Below are positions 1 to 12,969 of a stretch of DNA of 64,000 bases, piece by piece. A program made the translations under genes and the position numbers. Within the stretch, counting starts at the first letter, position 1; each line of letters begins with the position of its first letter. Below the pieces are notes generated by a model. That model had not been told where the DNA came from and ran no database searches. It saw nothing but the letters and a program-made list of their open reading frames with translations. This DNA is from the human T2T-CHM13v2.0 reference genome, Homo sapiens, in NCBI RefSeq assembly GCF_009914755.1, contig NC_060928.1; one strand, 5' to 3'.

Positions 1-100
1 AGGTGTAAGAACTGACAAATGAAATCAGCTGATGCCTTGTGCTGGGGGAGGGAATCAAAACATTAAAAAACTTATAGGAATCAGAAATGTATCAACAGTG

Positions 101-610
101 TGATCCAAGAGAACAAAATAGGTGTCTTGAGCTTGTGCAACCACTCATTCTGCTTGCCACACAACAGCCAATAAATTGAGAGACAAGGAGTTAGAGCAAG
201 GAAGGCAACTTTATTTTGGATAGCCGGCAAACCAATAACATGGTAGACTAATGTCCTAAAGAACCATCTTAAGTCAGCACAGATTTCAGGCTCTTTTTAT
301 GTTGAGGACGGCGGAAGATGAGGAGGTTGGGATCAAGAGGTTACTGATGACCGCAGACATCTGGATGCCAGCAAGGGTCCAAGGAGGTTTGGAATTTCTT
401 TGCCCTTGGTCAGGTCACAATGCTTCTATAAGTTTTTAACAAAAAGTAGTCAGGTGTTTACATACTTCTCTTTTATTCACAGAGTTGGTTTCAGAAACTA
501 CATGATTGTTTTTGCAAATTATCTCAGTGCTCTAAAATTATCCTAGTCTACTTGTAGGAGGCCCCTTAAACAAAAATTGAGTTATCTATGTTAGTTCTTT
601 GGCTGTTTCA
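101..610 (-). mobile_element. Solo LTR, ERV1/MER4-group-like (subfamily uncertain)
   Basis: TG...CA bounded (~510 bp, ends ctgtttca), near-TSD cagtg/ctgtg, minus-strand AATAAA (tttatt near 210) and MER4-group-like segments (cttggtcaggtcacaatg). Boundaries approximate. Confidence 0.55.
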
Positions 611-1834
611 CTGTGGCACTTTTTCACACAAGATCTGGAACATTGAGTACCATACACTTCAACAGATATAAATCCTTGTATGTTTGTCTATGTCATTGCA
701 TTTCTAGTATGTTTTATTAAATTTGTCATGATTACCATTAAAATTCCAACAAAGTAAATCAATTAAATATCAGAAGTGAGGGATTAGTAACCTGTTGATC
801 ATTACTACCAGTGTGGTACATCAATTTAACTTAAGCAAATTATTATTTGTTCTTACTATTCATTTCTTGAAGTAGAACAACATAGAACTTAACATTTCCA
901 GTTGACTTCTTTCTTTGGTGAACATGTTAACAGAAAATGCAAATTTGTCTGTAGAAACTAGGAACACATCTGTCCTAGCCAGTCAGTGAGCAGAACTTGT
1001 CAACTCCAGGTGAGGATATATCCACTGAAGGAACTGCAAGTCACTATCAAAGGAACCGGAAAAATGCTTGCAAATATTTATATAACTTGTTTAAAAATAA
1101 ATACTTATAACTTACTCCTGATTCTTCTCAGCACTCAAATCCTCCCCTAAGAGTATTTAGATAAGTAGGAATTCACCCCTAAATCTTTCTGATCACACAG
1201 CACAATGATAACTCTGAGTACCAGTATAAACATATACATATTATTATTTTTGTAAGTTATATTAATAAAAACAGGAAACCTCGATTACATAGGTTCATCC
1301 ATGTCACTTGGTTTTTTTAGTAGTTTGGATATTTATTCAGGGCAAATATAAAGAGGAATCATTGGATTCCTTTTCCTCAACAGAAAATAGCATAACTGCA
1401 TAGAAACAAAAATGCATGCCCCAAGGAGAACACAGAACTTTTTCTGTAGCAGTTTATGCTGTCAGCACATTCCAGATTGATTTGTAAATCTAATATGAAA
1501 GATTGAGTAAACAGTCTGTGTGTAATTTAATATCTCCAATTTTATATCCCCTCTAAAACTAAGTTAAAATCGATTACAATATAAGAAGTACATCTACAAA
1601 ACAATTAATTTATTTTGGCTTCTTCTGTCTTGAAAACCACTAAAACAATAAAGGAATTTTTAACTGTTATCTTCTACTTAGCCCTCATAGTACCAAAATC
1701 TAGGTATCTTTATACTATCGTCTAAAGAAACATCAGACACATATTTATGAGAATGCCAAGAAGTTGAGTTTCAATGAATGCTACATATATAGCATTCAGT
1801 ACTTGAAACATTTATTAATAAAAATAATCATCAG

Positions 1835-2129
1835 GGCTGGGCATGGTGGCTCACGCCTGTGACCCCAGCATTTTGGGAGGCCGAGGCGGGTGGATCATGA
1901 AGTCAGGAGATCGAGACCATCCTGGCTAACACGGTGAAACCCCATCTCTACTAAAAATACAAAAAATTAGCCAGGCGTGGTGGCAGGCGCCTGTAGTCCC
2001 AGCTACTCGGAGGGTGAGGCAGGAGAATGGCGTGAACCCAGGAGGTGGAGCGTGCAATGAGCCGAGATTGTGCCACTGCACTCCAGCCTGAGTGACCCAA
2101 AGAGCCTCCAACCCCCCCCAAAAAAAAAA
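1835..2129 (+). mobile_element. AluY-like SINE
   Basis: Full dimer with AluY diagnostics (gaccatcctggctaacacggtg, agaatggcgtgaaccc), an A-tail, and aataatcatca on both sides as TSD. Confidence 0.95.
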
Positions 2130-2696
2130 TAATAATCATCATCATCATCATTAGCACACCAGCTATAATACAAAGTTGTCTTTTGTTGCTTTATTTTGCC
2201 TCTTGAACTAATGCTTCACTCTTTTTCTACTTTTAACAAAGTCTGATAATGTAATTAATTTCAAAAGTACCAAGTTTTCTGTTGAACCATTAGATTCTCA
2301 GATAGCTTTAGATCTTAGTTTCAAAACTGAAGTTTCTACTTTTCTACTCCAATTAGCATCACTATCGGCACTAAACACAACTTATGACTTTGAAAAAAGT
2401 TTGTTTGTTTTTTCAAAAACTATACCAAGAAGCCAAAAACCAGTTCAATGCTCCCAATCTATTTAAATTTCCATGTGTATAATACATGACAACACTAAAA
2501 CTTCCAAACAAATCATAAAATTTGATAGCACTATTTTAAAATTCTTATTGTAATACATTTTACATTCTCAGTTTCTAACTATTATTGCAGATTGACAACT
2601 CAAAACTATTTTGAATGTATTTTTCCCACCTGAAAACATTAAAAGTGACCTTCACTTCTATTTATACTCATATGAGAATACTAAAAAGAACGTGGA

Positions 2697-2699
<3 letters not shown>

Positions 2700-2734
<35 letters not shown>
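2700..2734. repeat. (TA)n microsatellite
   Basis: Uninterrupted TA run seen directly. Confidence 0.95.
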
Positions 2735-2737
<3 letters not shown>

Positions 2738-4662
2738 TATGTATATGTGTGAATATACTTATATACATCACACACAGAAAAACACAATCTATAGCACATA
2801 TGTAGCAATACAGCCATGAATATTTGTGTTCTATTTTATTTACAGCTGTAAGTTTCATTGAAGCACAATCAAAACCTCTATTTGACATGTAAAAACATAT
2901 GAGTCTAATGATAAAACTCCTGAAAAAGTACCAAATATGAAGTTGATTACAAATAAATATGAGTGTCAGAGATTATAGGTATATTGTGCCTATATTTGAA
3001 TGTCCTGTCTGTTATCTGACAACAATTTTTCAAATTTAATAGAATTGGAGGAATGTGTGGGTATAAGAAAAGCATGTAAATCTAACTATTAGTCTCTGTA
3101 GCATTTTTTTAAATTTTCAAATTTCTTACTTTCTTCAGTAATTTGTTTCACTAACAGCATAGTTTCATTTTAGCCTGTTTGTTCTTTCTTCTAATATTTC
3201 ATCAGCATATCTCTAATCAAGAGTAATAATGTTTACATACGGTTCAGACACTTTTACACTGAAAATTGGTAACGCCTTTAAATAAAACCTAGATATATTT
3301 TTAGAATTTCATGTACTTTTTTATGCAGTAGTATTTATTATACATGAACATGTTCAGTTTTCATGTAATTGGTGTTTGCCTCCATGACCTTATGCTAAAG
3401 GGATTCTTTGAAACGTACACCCAGCTTAAATTTTGACAGATACTCACTATAGAAGACAGGTCTTCACCACAGAAATAAAAATTATAGTCAAATTAAATGT
3501 GGCATTTGCGATGTTCCTGCAGTTATTTTAAAGAGAAAGTAAGTGAACTAGCACTGAAGTGATCGATAATGTATTGTACTTAAATAGCCCCAATGATATC
3601 CTTTTATATCCAGGTGATTCACTGTATTTGGGATTGAAGAATTATAATGTAAGAAAATTCAAACAAACTTTGGCCTAGGGTAGCATAGCAACAGAAAGAT
3701 ATGTGCATGACCATTAGGGTTTTATGCTTTAATATTGAGGACATGTATGCCTGCAATATAAACACTTTTTAATCTTTTTTATTTATGTAGAATGATAAAT
3801 GTAACAAAAGTTATCCTGATATTGTGATGTGCTATGTAAAATGTGTATTCTTTGCTCAATCCAAGATTTGTTGTATCTTCTATTTTCAAGAACATGTGGA
3901 GACTCCAGGTAAAACATCCACTGCCTTCAGTAACAGGGGCTCAGCTTCATATGGCATACCTGCTACATTATATGTGTGTAGGAAGGAAAGGAGAAAGAGG
4001 TCCAAAATAAAAGAAACAAGTAGCAAATGAAGACCTCAGAACATCAAGGGGGAAGTTTTTTGGATAATATTCAAATTTCAGCAATAGCATATGAGGGTCT
4101 TAGGGAATGGTAGCTCCAATTATATTGATTGTTACATGAATTGTTTTCATCCTTTTACCTTTTATCTCTCCTGCTTGGAGAGATAAGGGGATCTAGATAA
4201 ACTGAAAAAAAAGAAGTTAATAAACTTTTAGCATCTAAGTACTTCTATTATGTCAATTCACATTAAAAAAGTGTAAAACTGAAGACAGTGATTTTCCTAC
4301 CTTCAGATGAAACATGAACTTAGTGTCATAAATGGCAAACTCTAAGATAAGTATGGGGTAAGTAAAATGCCAAGTGGGGTGTGACAATTGCATGACAATA
4401 ACAGCTACAGAATCAGATTTAGCACAAGGTCTGGAAAACATCTAGAAATGTATAGTTAAGTGGCAACTAGAAAGCAAATACAGTATAAGACAGTATTTGA
4501 GTTTGCAAAGGTAGGCAACTCTTGTTCATGTAACATTTAATAGGGGCTTCATTAAAGATTTGACTAGTTCAGAATTAAGAGACTAGTTCATAATTAAGAG
4601 TCAGTTCTGTTTACACATTGCTGAGTTTCTAGCAGAACTGTGAAAAGAACTGACTGGGCAGA

Positions 4663-5075
4663 TAATATGGTTTGAATCTGTGTTCCCACCCAAATCTCAT
4701 GTAAAACTGTAATCCCCAATGTTGGAAGAAAGATCTGGAGAGAGGTGATTAGTTCATGAGGGTGGAGTTTTCATGAATGGTTCAGCACCATCCCCCCTTG
4801 GTACTCTATAGTGAGTGAGTTCTCATGAGGTCTGGTTGTTTAAAAGTGTGTGGCACCTCTTCACTCTTTTTCTTACTCCTGCTCCTGACATGTAAGACTC
4901 CTGCTCCCAGTTTGCTTTCCACTATGAATAAAAGCTCCTTGAGGCCTCCCCAGAAGCAGATGCTGCCATACTTCCTGTATAGTCTGCAGAACTGTGAATC
5001 AGTCAAACCTCTTTTCTTTGTAAATTACCCAATCTCAGGCATTTCTTTATAGCAATGTGAGAACCAAGGAATACA
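4663..5075 (+). mobile_element. MaLR solo LTR (MSTA-like)
   Basis: Starts taatatggtttgaatctgtgttcccacccaaatctcatg and ends ...aataca. Perfect 5-bp TSD GCAGA (4658-4662 and 5076-5080). Confidence 0.9.
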
Positions 5076-5271
5076 GCAGAGAACAAAGGGATGAGCAGAG
5101 CTCACCAGTCATCTAGGGACAGCTGCTGTGCAGGAGAAAAGGTAGTGGTAGAAAATGCTCAAGCCATGACCCCAGAGAACCATCATGTGGTGACATGAAG
5201 TAAGCAGGGAGTGGCAGCAGGAAAAACGGTTCCACCAAACGTGTCAGTGTGTGAGCCATGATCCTAAAGGA

Positions 5272-5510
5272 CAGGGGTGAGAACTCTATGCCCTGGAAGG
5301 CAAATCTAGCTTGTGGCCTACTTTTGGATCACCAAGAAACTAAGAATGGTCTGTATATTTTTAAAGGATTGTGAAGGAAGAGAGAAATGTGGAAGAGAAG
5401 AGGAAGCAGAAGAAAAGAAAAGGAATCAAGATCTTACACTACCTGAAAAGCCTAAAATATTTACCTTTATACAAATCTTTCCCTTTGTAGAAAAATTTTG
5501 ACAATCCCTG
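5272..5510 (+). mobile_element. MER58-like hAT-Charlie MITE
   Basis: cagggg...ccctg terminal inverted repeats, internal ctaagaatgg and aagcctaaaatatttac motifs, followed by a ctctagag target-like octamer. Confidence 0.7.
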
Positions 5511-5769
5511 CTCTAGAGAGAGGAAGAAAACTCCAAGGACTTACCAGGTTTCTGAAGGTAAACTACTGAGGAACAAAACCACTAATAAAATTCCTGCAAG
5601 AATAATGTATTTTTTGAGTTTATCACATGGAGTTTTTTTTTAACCAAAGGATAATTGAGCCCACAAATAAAGACAAAATATCCACTAAAAATATATCACG
5701 TAGAAACCATTTTGAAAATTATGAAAAGAGTATTTAACTAGCCTAAATGTAGGTAGAACTATATGTCTG

Positions 5770-6740
5770 ATAAAAAATAAAAAGCACACACTTAAAGCAC
5801 ACAACTTGCTAAGTTGTTGAAATTCTCAACACAATCAAGATTATATATTAATATACATATACAAATAAATATACGTAAGATATATGTAACTACCTAATAT
5901 AAAATAGACCAATGATATGTATAGACACTTCATCAAAGTTAAGATGCATATATATGTATATTTATATATATATATCCATTACTAGTCTCAAAATGTCCTC
6001 ACGTCCTCTTGTAATCTTCGTTTCTCCTTTTCTTGTCCTCCTCTCCAATCTCACCCCATTTCCAGGCAACCAGTGATTATCTTTGTGTTACTATATTTTT
6101 TTTCTCAAATTGTATATAATAAAATAAGTTTGTTATTTTGATATCCATTCATTTTTCATGCATGAATAGTTTATGCCTTTATATTGCATTGTACAGATGT
6201 ACTAAAATTTTTTATGCATTCACTTGTTTTTGACTGTTATAAATAAAGCTGCTATGAACATTTATGTAGAAATCTTTATATGTACATATGTATTCATTTC
6301 TTTTAGGTAAATACCTAAGAGTGGAATGACAGGTCACATAGTATATATCCACTTAATTTTTTACACAAACGCCCAACTATCTTCCTGAGTGTTTTTGGCA
6401 TTTTGTATTTTCACCAGTAGTGTATGAGAGTTAACACATTTTTACATGTTTACCCACGCTTGGCATACTTTGTCTTTTTAAAATTTTAGACATTCTAAGA
6501 GGAGTAGTATCTCATTATTCACAATTTTCATTTATTTAATGACTGAGCATCTTTTTACGTGCTTAATTGATGTCTGTTTATCTTCTGTTATGAAATGTAT
6601 ATGCACATAATTCATTGATTTTATATTAGGTGGCTTTTTATTATTGAACTTTGGAAGTTATTTATATATTCTTGATACAAGTCATTTATTGGATAGGTGA
6701 TTGTGAGTATTTTCTCCCCTAGTGTGGTTTGTATTTTTAT
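5770..6740 (-). mobile_element. Old L1M 3' fragment
   Basis: Antisense L1 3' motifs (aataaagctgctatgaacatt, ggtaaatacctaagagtggaat, tatatattcttgatacaagtc). Boundaries approximate. Confidence 0.75.
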
Positions 6741-8734
6741 TATTTTATAAAATTTATTTTTTAGACTATGGGAATAAGTGTCACCATGAGAATATTTGAA
6801 AATTATGAATAAAATATTACTAAATATCTGCCTATCTATGTATCTATCTCTGTTCTTTGTCTGAAACATCCTGAATGTATTGAAATTGTTTGTGGAATGC
6901 CTTGATGGGGCTATCACCTCATCATATTTATATTAACTTCCTGCAGCATGATTTTATATGAATATCTAAACTTTCTAATAGTTTCCTCATTTAAGTCACT
7001 CTTTAGAATGTGACATGATAAAAGAAATACCGTTAATCCCAAGCTGTAGTCTTTGGAGACAGGAAATAGTCACCTGGCTAAGAAAAAGTGTAAAGCAGTA
7101 ATAGGTTGTGGCAGGGAAATCTATATCAGTGTGTCAACTAGCTCTCCAACTAGCTCTCTGGTGGGGTACTAGTATCAAGATGATATCCAATTGATTCAGC
7201 ATCATTTTATATGTGCACTGCTGCTGGCTGGCAAGATGCATTTTGTAAAGTTCCTACATATTAGTTTTGCTTCCTGTGGCAATACTATTTATTTTAATCT
7301 GTTGTTGAGGTTGTAATGAAGGAAAACGTTTGCCGTCCCAAGGCCTACACATAGGCATAGGGAATGACATTACTTATACCTTTTCCCTAAATATTACATT
7401 ACTGCCTATCTAAGGTTATGCTATTTTTTAAATGAATTATTCCTCTAAAGGTGGATAGTTAGAATATAATTGTAAATTTTCCACAGAAAGTAACAGCTTC
7501 AATATTCATACAAAACCAACTTAAATTGATTGTTCTAAGTTCAAGGATACTAAAAGAACAGGAAATTACCCAGGCTCTGTTGGAATTTCCCACAAATACA
7601 TGCTTGTAAAAATGCCTTTGCAATATTGGAGGACACATAAGAAATTAATGTCTTGAAACTATTACAATTTTGTAAACTATAAATTTTTTTCAGAGACCTC
7701 TTCTGTATAATTACTTGAATAGCCTTAAACTACTAAAGCTATTAAGGTTTCACCATCATTCAATTTCTGGTTAATTTCCACTCTATGATGAAAAATAACT
7801 AAAGTTTTAAAAAAAGCCAGTCTATAATGTAAGATATTGCCTAATGTTAATCCACACAGTAAAGAATTATGAGATCTAATTATTGGACATGGCAATGAAG
7901 ATTTACTACGACCTTCATTACCACTACTGCTTTTGAGGTGCTATGTTTTACCTACTACGAGAGATTATTTTGAGATGTGACATTTCTCTGTTAGTAACCA
8001 TAAAAAAAAACTTATAATCATTGTATTCATAATTTGTTTTATTCATTTATTACTATGCAATTGCTGAAAATAATAATTTTGCCTTTCATTTTTGCAAATA
8101 TATCATAGATTCATAGATGTCTAAGCTAGCCCAGGCCCCACTATTATGCCTACAACTGAAATCATCGCAATTACCCTATTGCATTGAAATTATCTAATTC
8201 TATGACTTGCTGCCTCCCAAGAATCTAAGCTTATGCAAGAGCAAAAACTGTTTATCTCCACCACTTAGAATGGTAATTAGATATGAAGGAAATAGCAAAA
8301 CTTTGCAGAATTGAAGTAAATGTGTTCTGTGTATAGTTTGTCTATTTTACATACTAAACGAGCTGTATTTTATTTTCATGGAAATCACACAATCTATGCC
8401 CAAGAAAGCAAACATATTTAGAATTTTAAAAGAGAGACCAGTAATGAGCTTCCAAGAAGTTTAAAAGTAAACTTCTCTGGAGAACTTCTTTAGGATTTTC
8501 TTTAATGCATTCTTGGGTATATGTAAATGGATTATTGTATTTCATGGGTTTACATCTAGCATGGCCAATAAACTGCTTAAGGGTAGCAATCTTATTCTTC
8601 ATTCAATAATCTATATTCCTATACCTACAGTAACTCACTGTCATGCCTTTTCACAATTGGACTAAAATACTCAAGTTAGATTTTCTTATTGATTTTGTTA
8701 ATGTAAGTAAGTAATTCAACATGGTAATTATTAA

Positions 8735-9420
8735 TTTAATGTATACTTTGTACCCAATACTGTACTCAGCCCTGGAGACACCATAGTGAAAACGACAGTC
8801 TTTCAATTTGGTGAATTTACAAACTAGAGGAAGAAAGACAATCATCAGGTGATTACAGTGTACTATCATAGCCACCATGATAGGTGAAAGTTCTATATCT
8901 ATGAGAAAAACTAACCCTGTCTTACACTGCTTAAGGAAGACTTTCTCAAAGCTTTAATGAGTAACCTAGAACTAAAGGACACTGAGAGTTTTATAGGAAG
9001 AAGAAGCAGCATCTGAAAAGGCACAGAATTGAGAGGGGTGAGCATGGCATACTAAAAATATAAAATAAAAATATAAAAATATTAAAAAAAATAAAAAATA
9101 TAAAATAAAAAACTAAAAATATAGTTGTAGCATAAAGGCCAAGTGTGAGAAAAAAGTCAACATTTGTGTGCCGTGCTAAGATATTTATACTTTATTTGAA
9201 ATTATAAAACTTAATTTTTAAGTTTTAAACAAGAGAAGGACACAATCAAATTCTTATTTGAGAAAATTCATTGGCTGTAGTACAGAAAATAAACGAAGAA
9301 ACAAGTATCAGTTAATTCGGGGCACTGGTTCACATAATTCAGAAAAAAATGGTGAAATGAACTAGAGCAACTGCAATAAGAATAGATAAAAAGATACTAC
9401 TATAAGAGATATTAATTTTT
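8735..9420 (-). mobile_element. L2 LINE fragment
   Basis: Degenerate antisense L2 3' region, with an A/T low-complexity patch at 9053-9122. Confidence 0.5.
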
Positions 9421-9429
9421 TTGTTCAGC

Positions 9430-11135
9430 AAGTGACCCTGGGACAACTGGATATCCACATGCAAAGAATGAAGTTTGCTGAACTTACACCATTGGCAAAA
9501 TTTAACTCAAAGTGGATAAAGACCTAAATGTAAGAGCTAAAACTGAAGAACTCTTAGAAGAAAACGTAGATATAAATATTAGTGACCTTAGATCAGGCAA
9601 CGATTTATTAGAAATAACACCAAAAACGCAATCAACAACAACAAAAAGATAAACTGGGTATCACCAAAATTAAAAATGTTGTATTTCAAAGGACACTATC
9701 AAGAAAATAAAGAGACAATCTACATAAATGAGGAAAATTTGCAAATCACATATCTGATAAGATAGTATCGGGGTTTGAAGGGACTTGGGAGGCTAATCAA
9801 GGAAAAATATATGGCCATGAGGCGGCAATAGCACACACAACTATATTGGGCTACACTGACTAAGAAGTGATGGTTCCTACACAGAAGTGGAAAAAGGCAA
9901 GGGAACTTCTGGTCACTAGGAAGGAAAACTCTAGGTTAGAGAGCTCCAAAAAGCAGCAACAGCTTGGTATTTTTATAGGGCCCGGCTTATCTATTGCTAG
10001 CAGACGTGAGGCAAGGTTTTATGGGATATGCAAAGCAGGCAGTCTCTAAATGGCTAAAAATCAGCTTGTTTGGGCAACTTAAAAAATAATTGATGTGCAA
10101 AACTTTTAAGTTTGGCACCAGTGAGCTTTTAAGTTAACAAATCTCAGCCTAAGTGAAGAAATAAACATCCTCAGGGCCAATAAAAAGAGGCCATCTTAGG
10201 CTGGTTTATGTAGCAGGTACTTGCCTCTGGAATATATAAAGAACTGTTACAACTCAATAATAAAAAGATGATTTTTTTAAATGGGCAAAGGATCTGAATA
10301 AAAATTATTACAAAGTAGATGTACAAATGACAAGTAAGCACAGCAAAATGTGTTCAACATCATTAGTCATTGTGCAAATGCAAATGAAAAACACAATGAG
10401 AAAACACTTCACAGTCACTATGATGACTATAATCTAAAAGATAAAAAATAGCAAGTGTTAGAAGGATGTGGAGAAATGAAACACTCATGCATTGCTGGTA
10501 GAAATGTAAAATGTTGCAGTTGCTTTGGAAAACTATCTGGCAGTATCTCAAATGGTTTGGCATAGAACTACTGTATGATTTCACAATTCCACTCCTAGGT
10601 ATACACCCAAGAGAAATGAAACGTATCTCCACCCAAAAACTTGTACATAAATGCTTTTGGCAACATTATTCATAATAGTCAAAAGGTAGAAGTAAACCAA
10701 AATGTCTATAAGTCAATGAATGGATAAACAAGATGTGGTATATCTATACAATGATAAATTATTTGACCATAAAACAAGAATGAAGTACTGATATATGCTG
10801 CAATGTGAATGAATATCGAAAACATTTGAAGTGAAAGAAGCTAGTCACAAAGGGCCAATATTGTCTTATGCTATTTATAAGAAATGTCCAGAACTGATAA
10901 ATCAATAGAGAAAAAAACGTTGATTTGTGGTTATCTAGGGGTGTTGTGAAAGGAGGGGTTGGTAGGTGGCATTTCAGTATTATGAGGTTTATTTGGGGGT
11001 AATAAAAGTGTTTAAATTGATCGTGGTGATGGATACACAACTGTGAATATGATAAAAGTGATTATAAATTCTAAGTGGGTAAATTTTATGGTATGTTCAT
11101 TCTATCTTAATAAAGCCATTAAAATGAAATAAAAA
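9430..11135 (+). mobile_element. L1MB-like ORF2 end and 3'UTR, interrupted by a solo LTR
   Basis: Motifs ggacaactggatatccacatgcaaagaatgaag, caattccactcctaggtatacacccaagagaaatgaaa and a terminal aataaa plus A-rich end. L1 continuity breaks at 9765 and resumes at 10216. Confidence 0.85.
9766..10215 (-). mobile_element. Solo LTR (~450 bp, possibly LTR47/ERVL-like) nested in L1
   Basis: Non-L1 block between L1 words tatctgataag and acttg...aatatataaagaac. Contains a minus-strand TATA (ctataaaaa) and a degenerate poly(A) signal. Family name is tentative. Confidence 0.6.
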
Positions 11136-12029
11136 GTGATTCTCTGAAAAAGATGTATGCATGGAAATATGGATAGGTAGATAAAACAGGGTTCAAGATA
11201 TATTACAGTCAAGTTTCATGGCAGTTGGTAATGCCATTCACTGAAATAAAGAACACAGGAAAAGAAAAGGGATTTTTTTTCAATAAAATAAATTTGATGG
11301 ACTAAATTTGAGACAACTTTGAAGCACCAAAATCGAGATGACCAATAAGCAGTTATTTATGTAGGCCCTGGGAAGAGGAGAAAAATATTGAATACAGATA
11401 GTTATTAGAGGATTGTCATTATACAGAAGTCCTGGTGCAGTATGAAATCCCTAAGCATGAATATGTCAATGAAAAGGCCAGTAAAAGAATTGCAAAAAAA
11501 TTCTAGTAGCATGAGCAGGGATGGCCAGGTGGTGTCTTTGCAAAGCCAAGCCTTTAGTAAAGCAATAAGAACAGAAAGTTCTTCCATCCTGTATTGCTTA
11601 TGATTCTAGGAAGAGTATGTCCCCAGGTGAGAAAACAGGGTATCCATTTGATTAAATAGTCTTAACCTGAAGGATCCTCTTTTATCTCATTTATCTAAAG
11701 ATTTCATAAATTATTTGCACAAATGATCACAAGCAAATGTAATTGTAGCTGATAGTTTTTAAGATAACAAAATATTTTTTTCATCAATGCAGTTCTTTTA
11801 TAGTATTTAAGAAGATTTTCATTGGCATCAACTCCATTTAAGATGATTAAGCCAATGAAACACTCCTTATGAACAGCCTTGCTAGATTTTATGCAGATTC
11901 TATACAGCTTCTAAGTTACCTTAGCATTAGATTTGGTTGAAAAATAGAAACTAAATTTCAAAAAAGAGTATGAATTTCTACCCAAGGGAGAAAAATTATT
12001 CTCAAAATTTACCTCCAAAATAGTTTTTT

Positions 12030-12569
12030 TAATGGTTTAGAAGTTACTTTTAATTCTAATATAATAATTAAAAGATAAAAATGTGTTAATGGATACACAA
12101 TATAAAAAGAAGCAAATTGACTACAAAAGCACAAAGTGTGGGTGGGGGAAAGTAAAGTGTATAATTTTAATATGCAGTTGAAGTTAAGTTGTTAACATAA
12201 AATGGATAATTATAACTACAAGGTATTTTATGCAAACCTTGAGTTACCCACAAAGAAAAAAACCTATAATAGATACACAAACATAAAGGAAACATAAAAA
12301 ATGAAAAGTTAAGGCAAATCACTACAAAAATCATCAAATGACAAAGCAAGACAGCAAAAGAGGAAGAGAGGCACAAACAACTGCAAAACAAATAACAATT
12401 ATTGCTGTATTTGCTATTGGCACCTGGAAAATCGGGTCACTCCCACCCTAATACTGCTCTTTTCCAATGGTCTTAGCAAACGGCACACCGGGAGATTATA
12501 TCCCTGGCCTGGCTTGGAGGGTCCCACGCCCATGGAGCCTCACTCATTGCTAGCACAGCAGTCTGAGAT
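12030..12569 (-). mobile_element. Composite retroposed insertion: antisense L1PA 5'UTR (ORF0 region) joined to antisense old L1M sequence
   Basis: 12419-12573 matches the primate L1 5'UTR and ~12050-12395 is L1M-like. Flanked by direct repeats caaaatagtttttt (12016-12029) and caaaatagttttct (12570-12583). Minus-strand ATTAAA at 12049-12054. Confidence 0.65.
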
Positions 12570-12969
12570 CAAAATAGTTTTCTAATTGTGTTAATTGAAT
12601 GTTAAATGTATTTTTTACACAATAAGAACTTCTACTTGATAGAATTAAATTTCCTCTATTTTAAGATTAGACCAAATAATATACAAAATCATTGAGAAAT
12701 AAAATACATTTTTCTGTGTTCATATAGTTAAACCACTAGCTATTATGAACCAATAAAGTTTCATGTATTCAACCAAAATGAACATAATCATTAAGTGTGC
12801 ATAGCATATTTATCAGCAATTGCAGCACATATTTATTACAACAATAGGGTATGTTGTGTTTAATGTACCTCTTAATTAAAAATGAAGAACCCCATTGTTT
12901 TCTCCTATGTATGATGACCTTAATTTGATACTCTTAGAAGGATTAAAGAAATGAAAATATTATCCTGCA

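Noticed and set aside
1926-2157. ORFs with Alu-type peptides (also 22388-22918, 26888-27191, 29927-30329, 31720-31902, 38618-38845)
   Set aside because: They are translations of Alu sequence, not genes.
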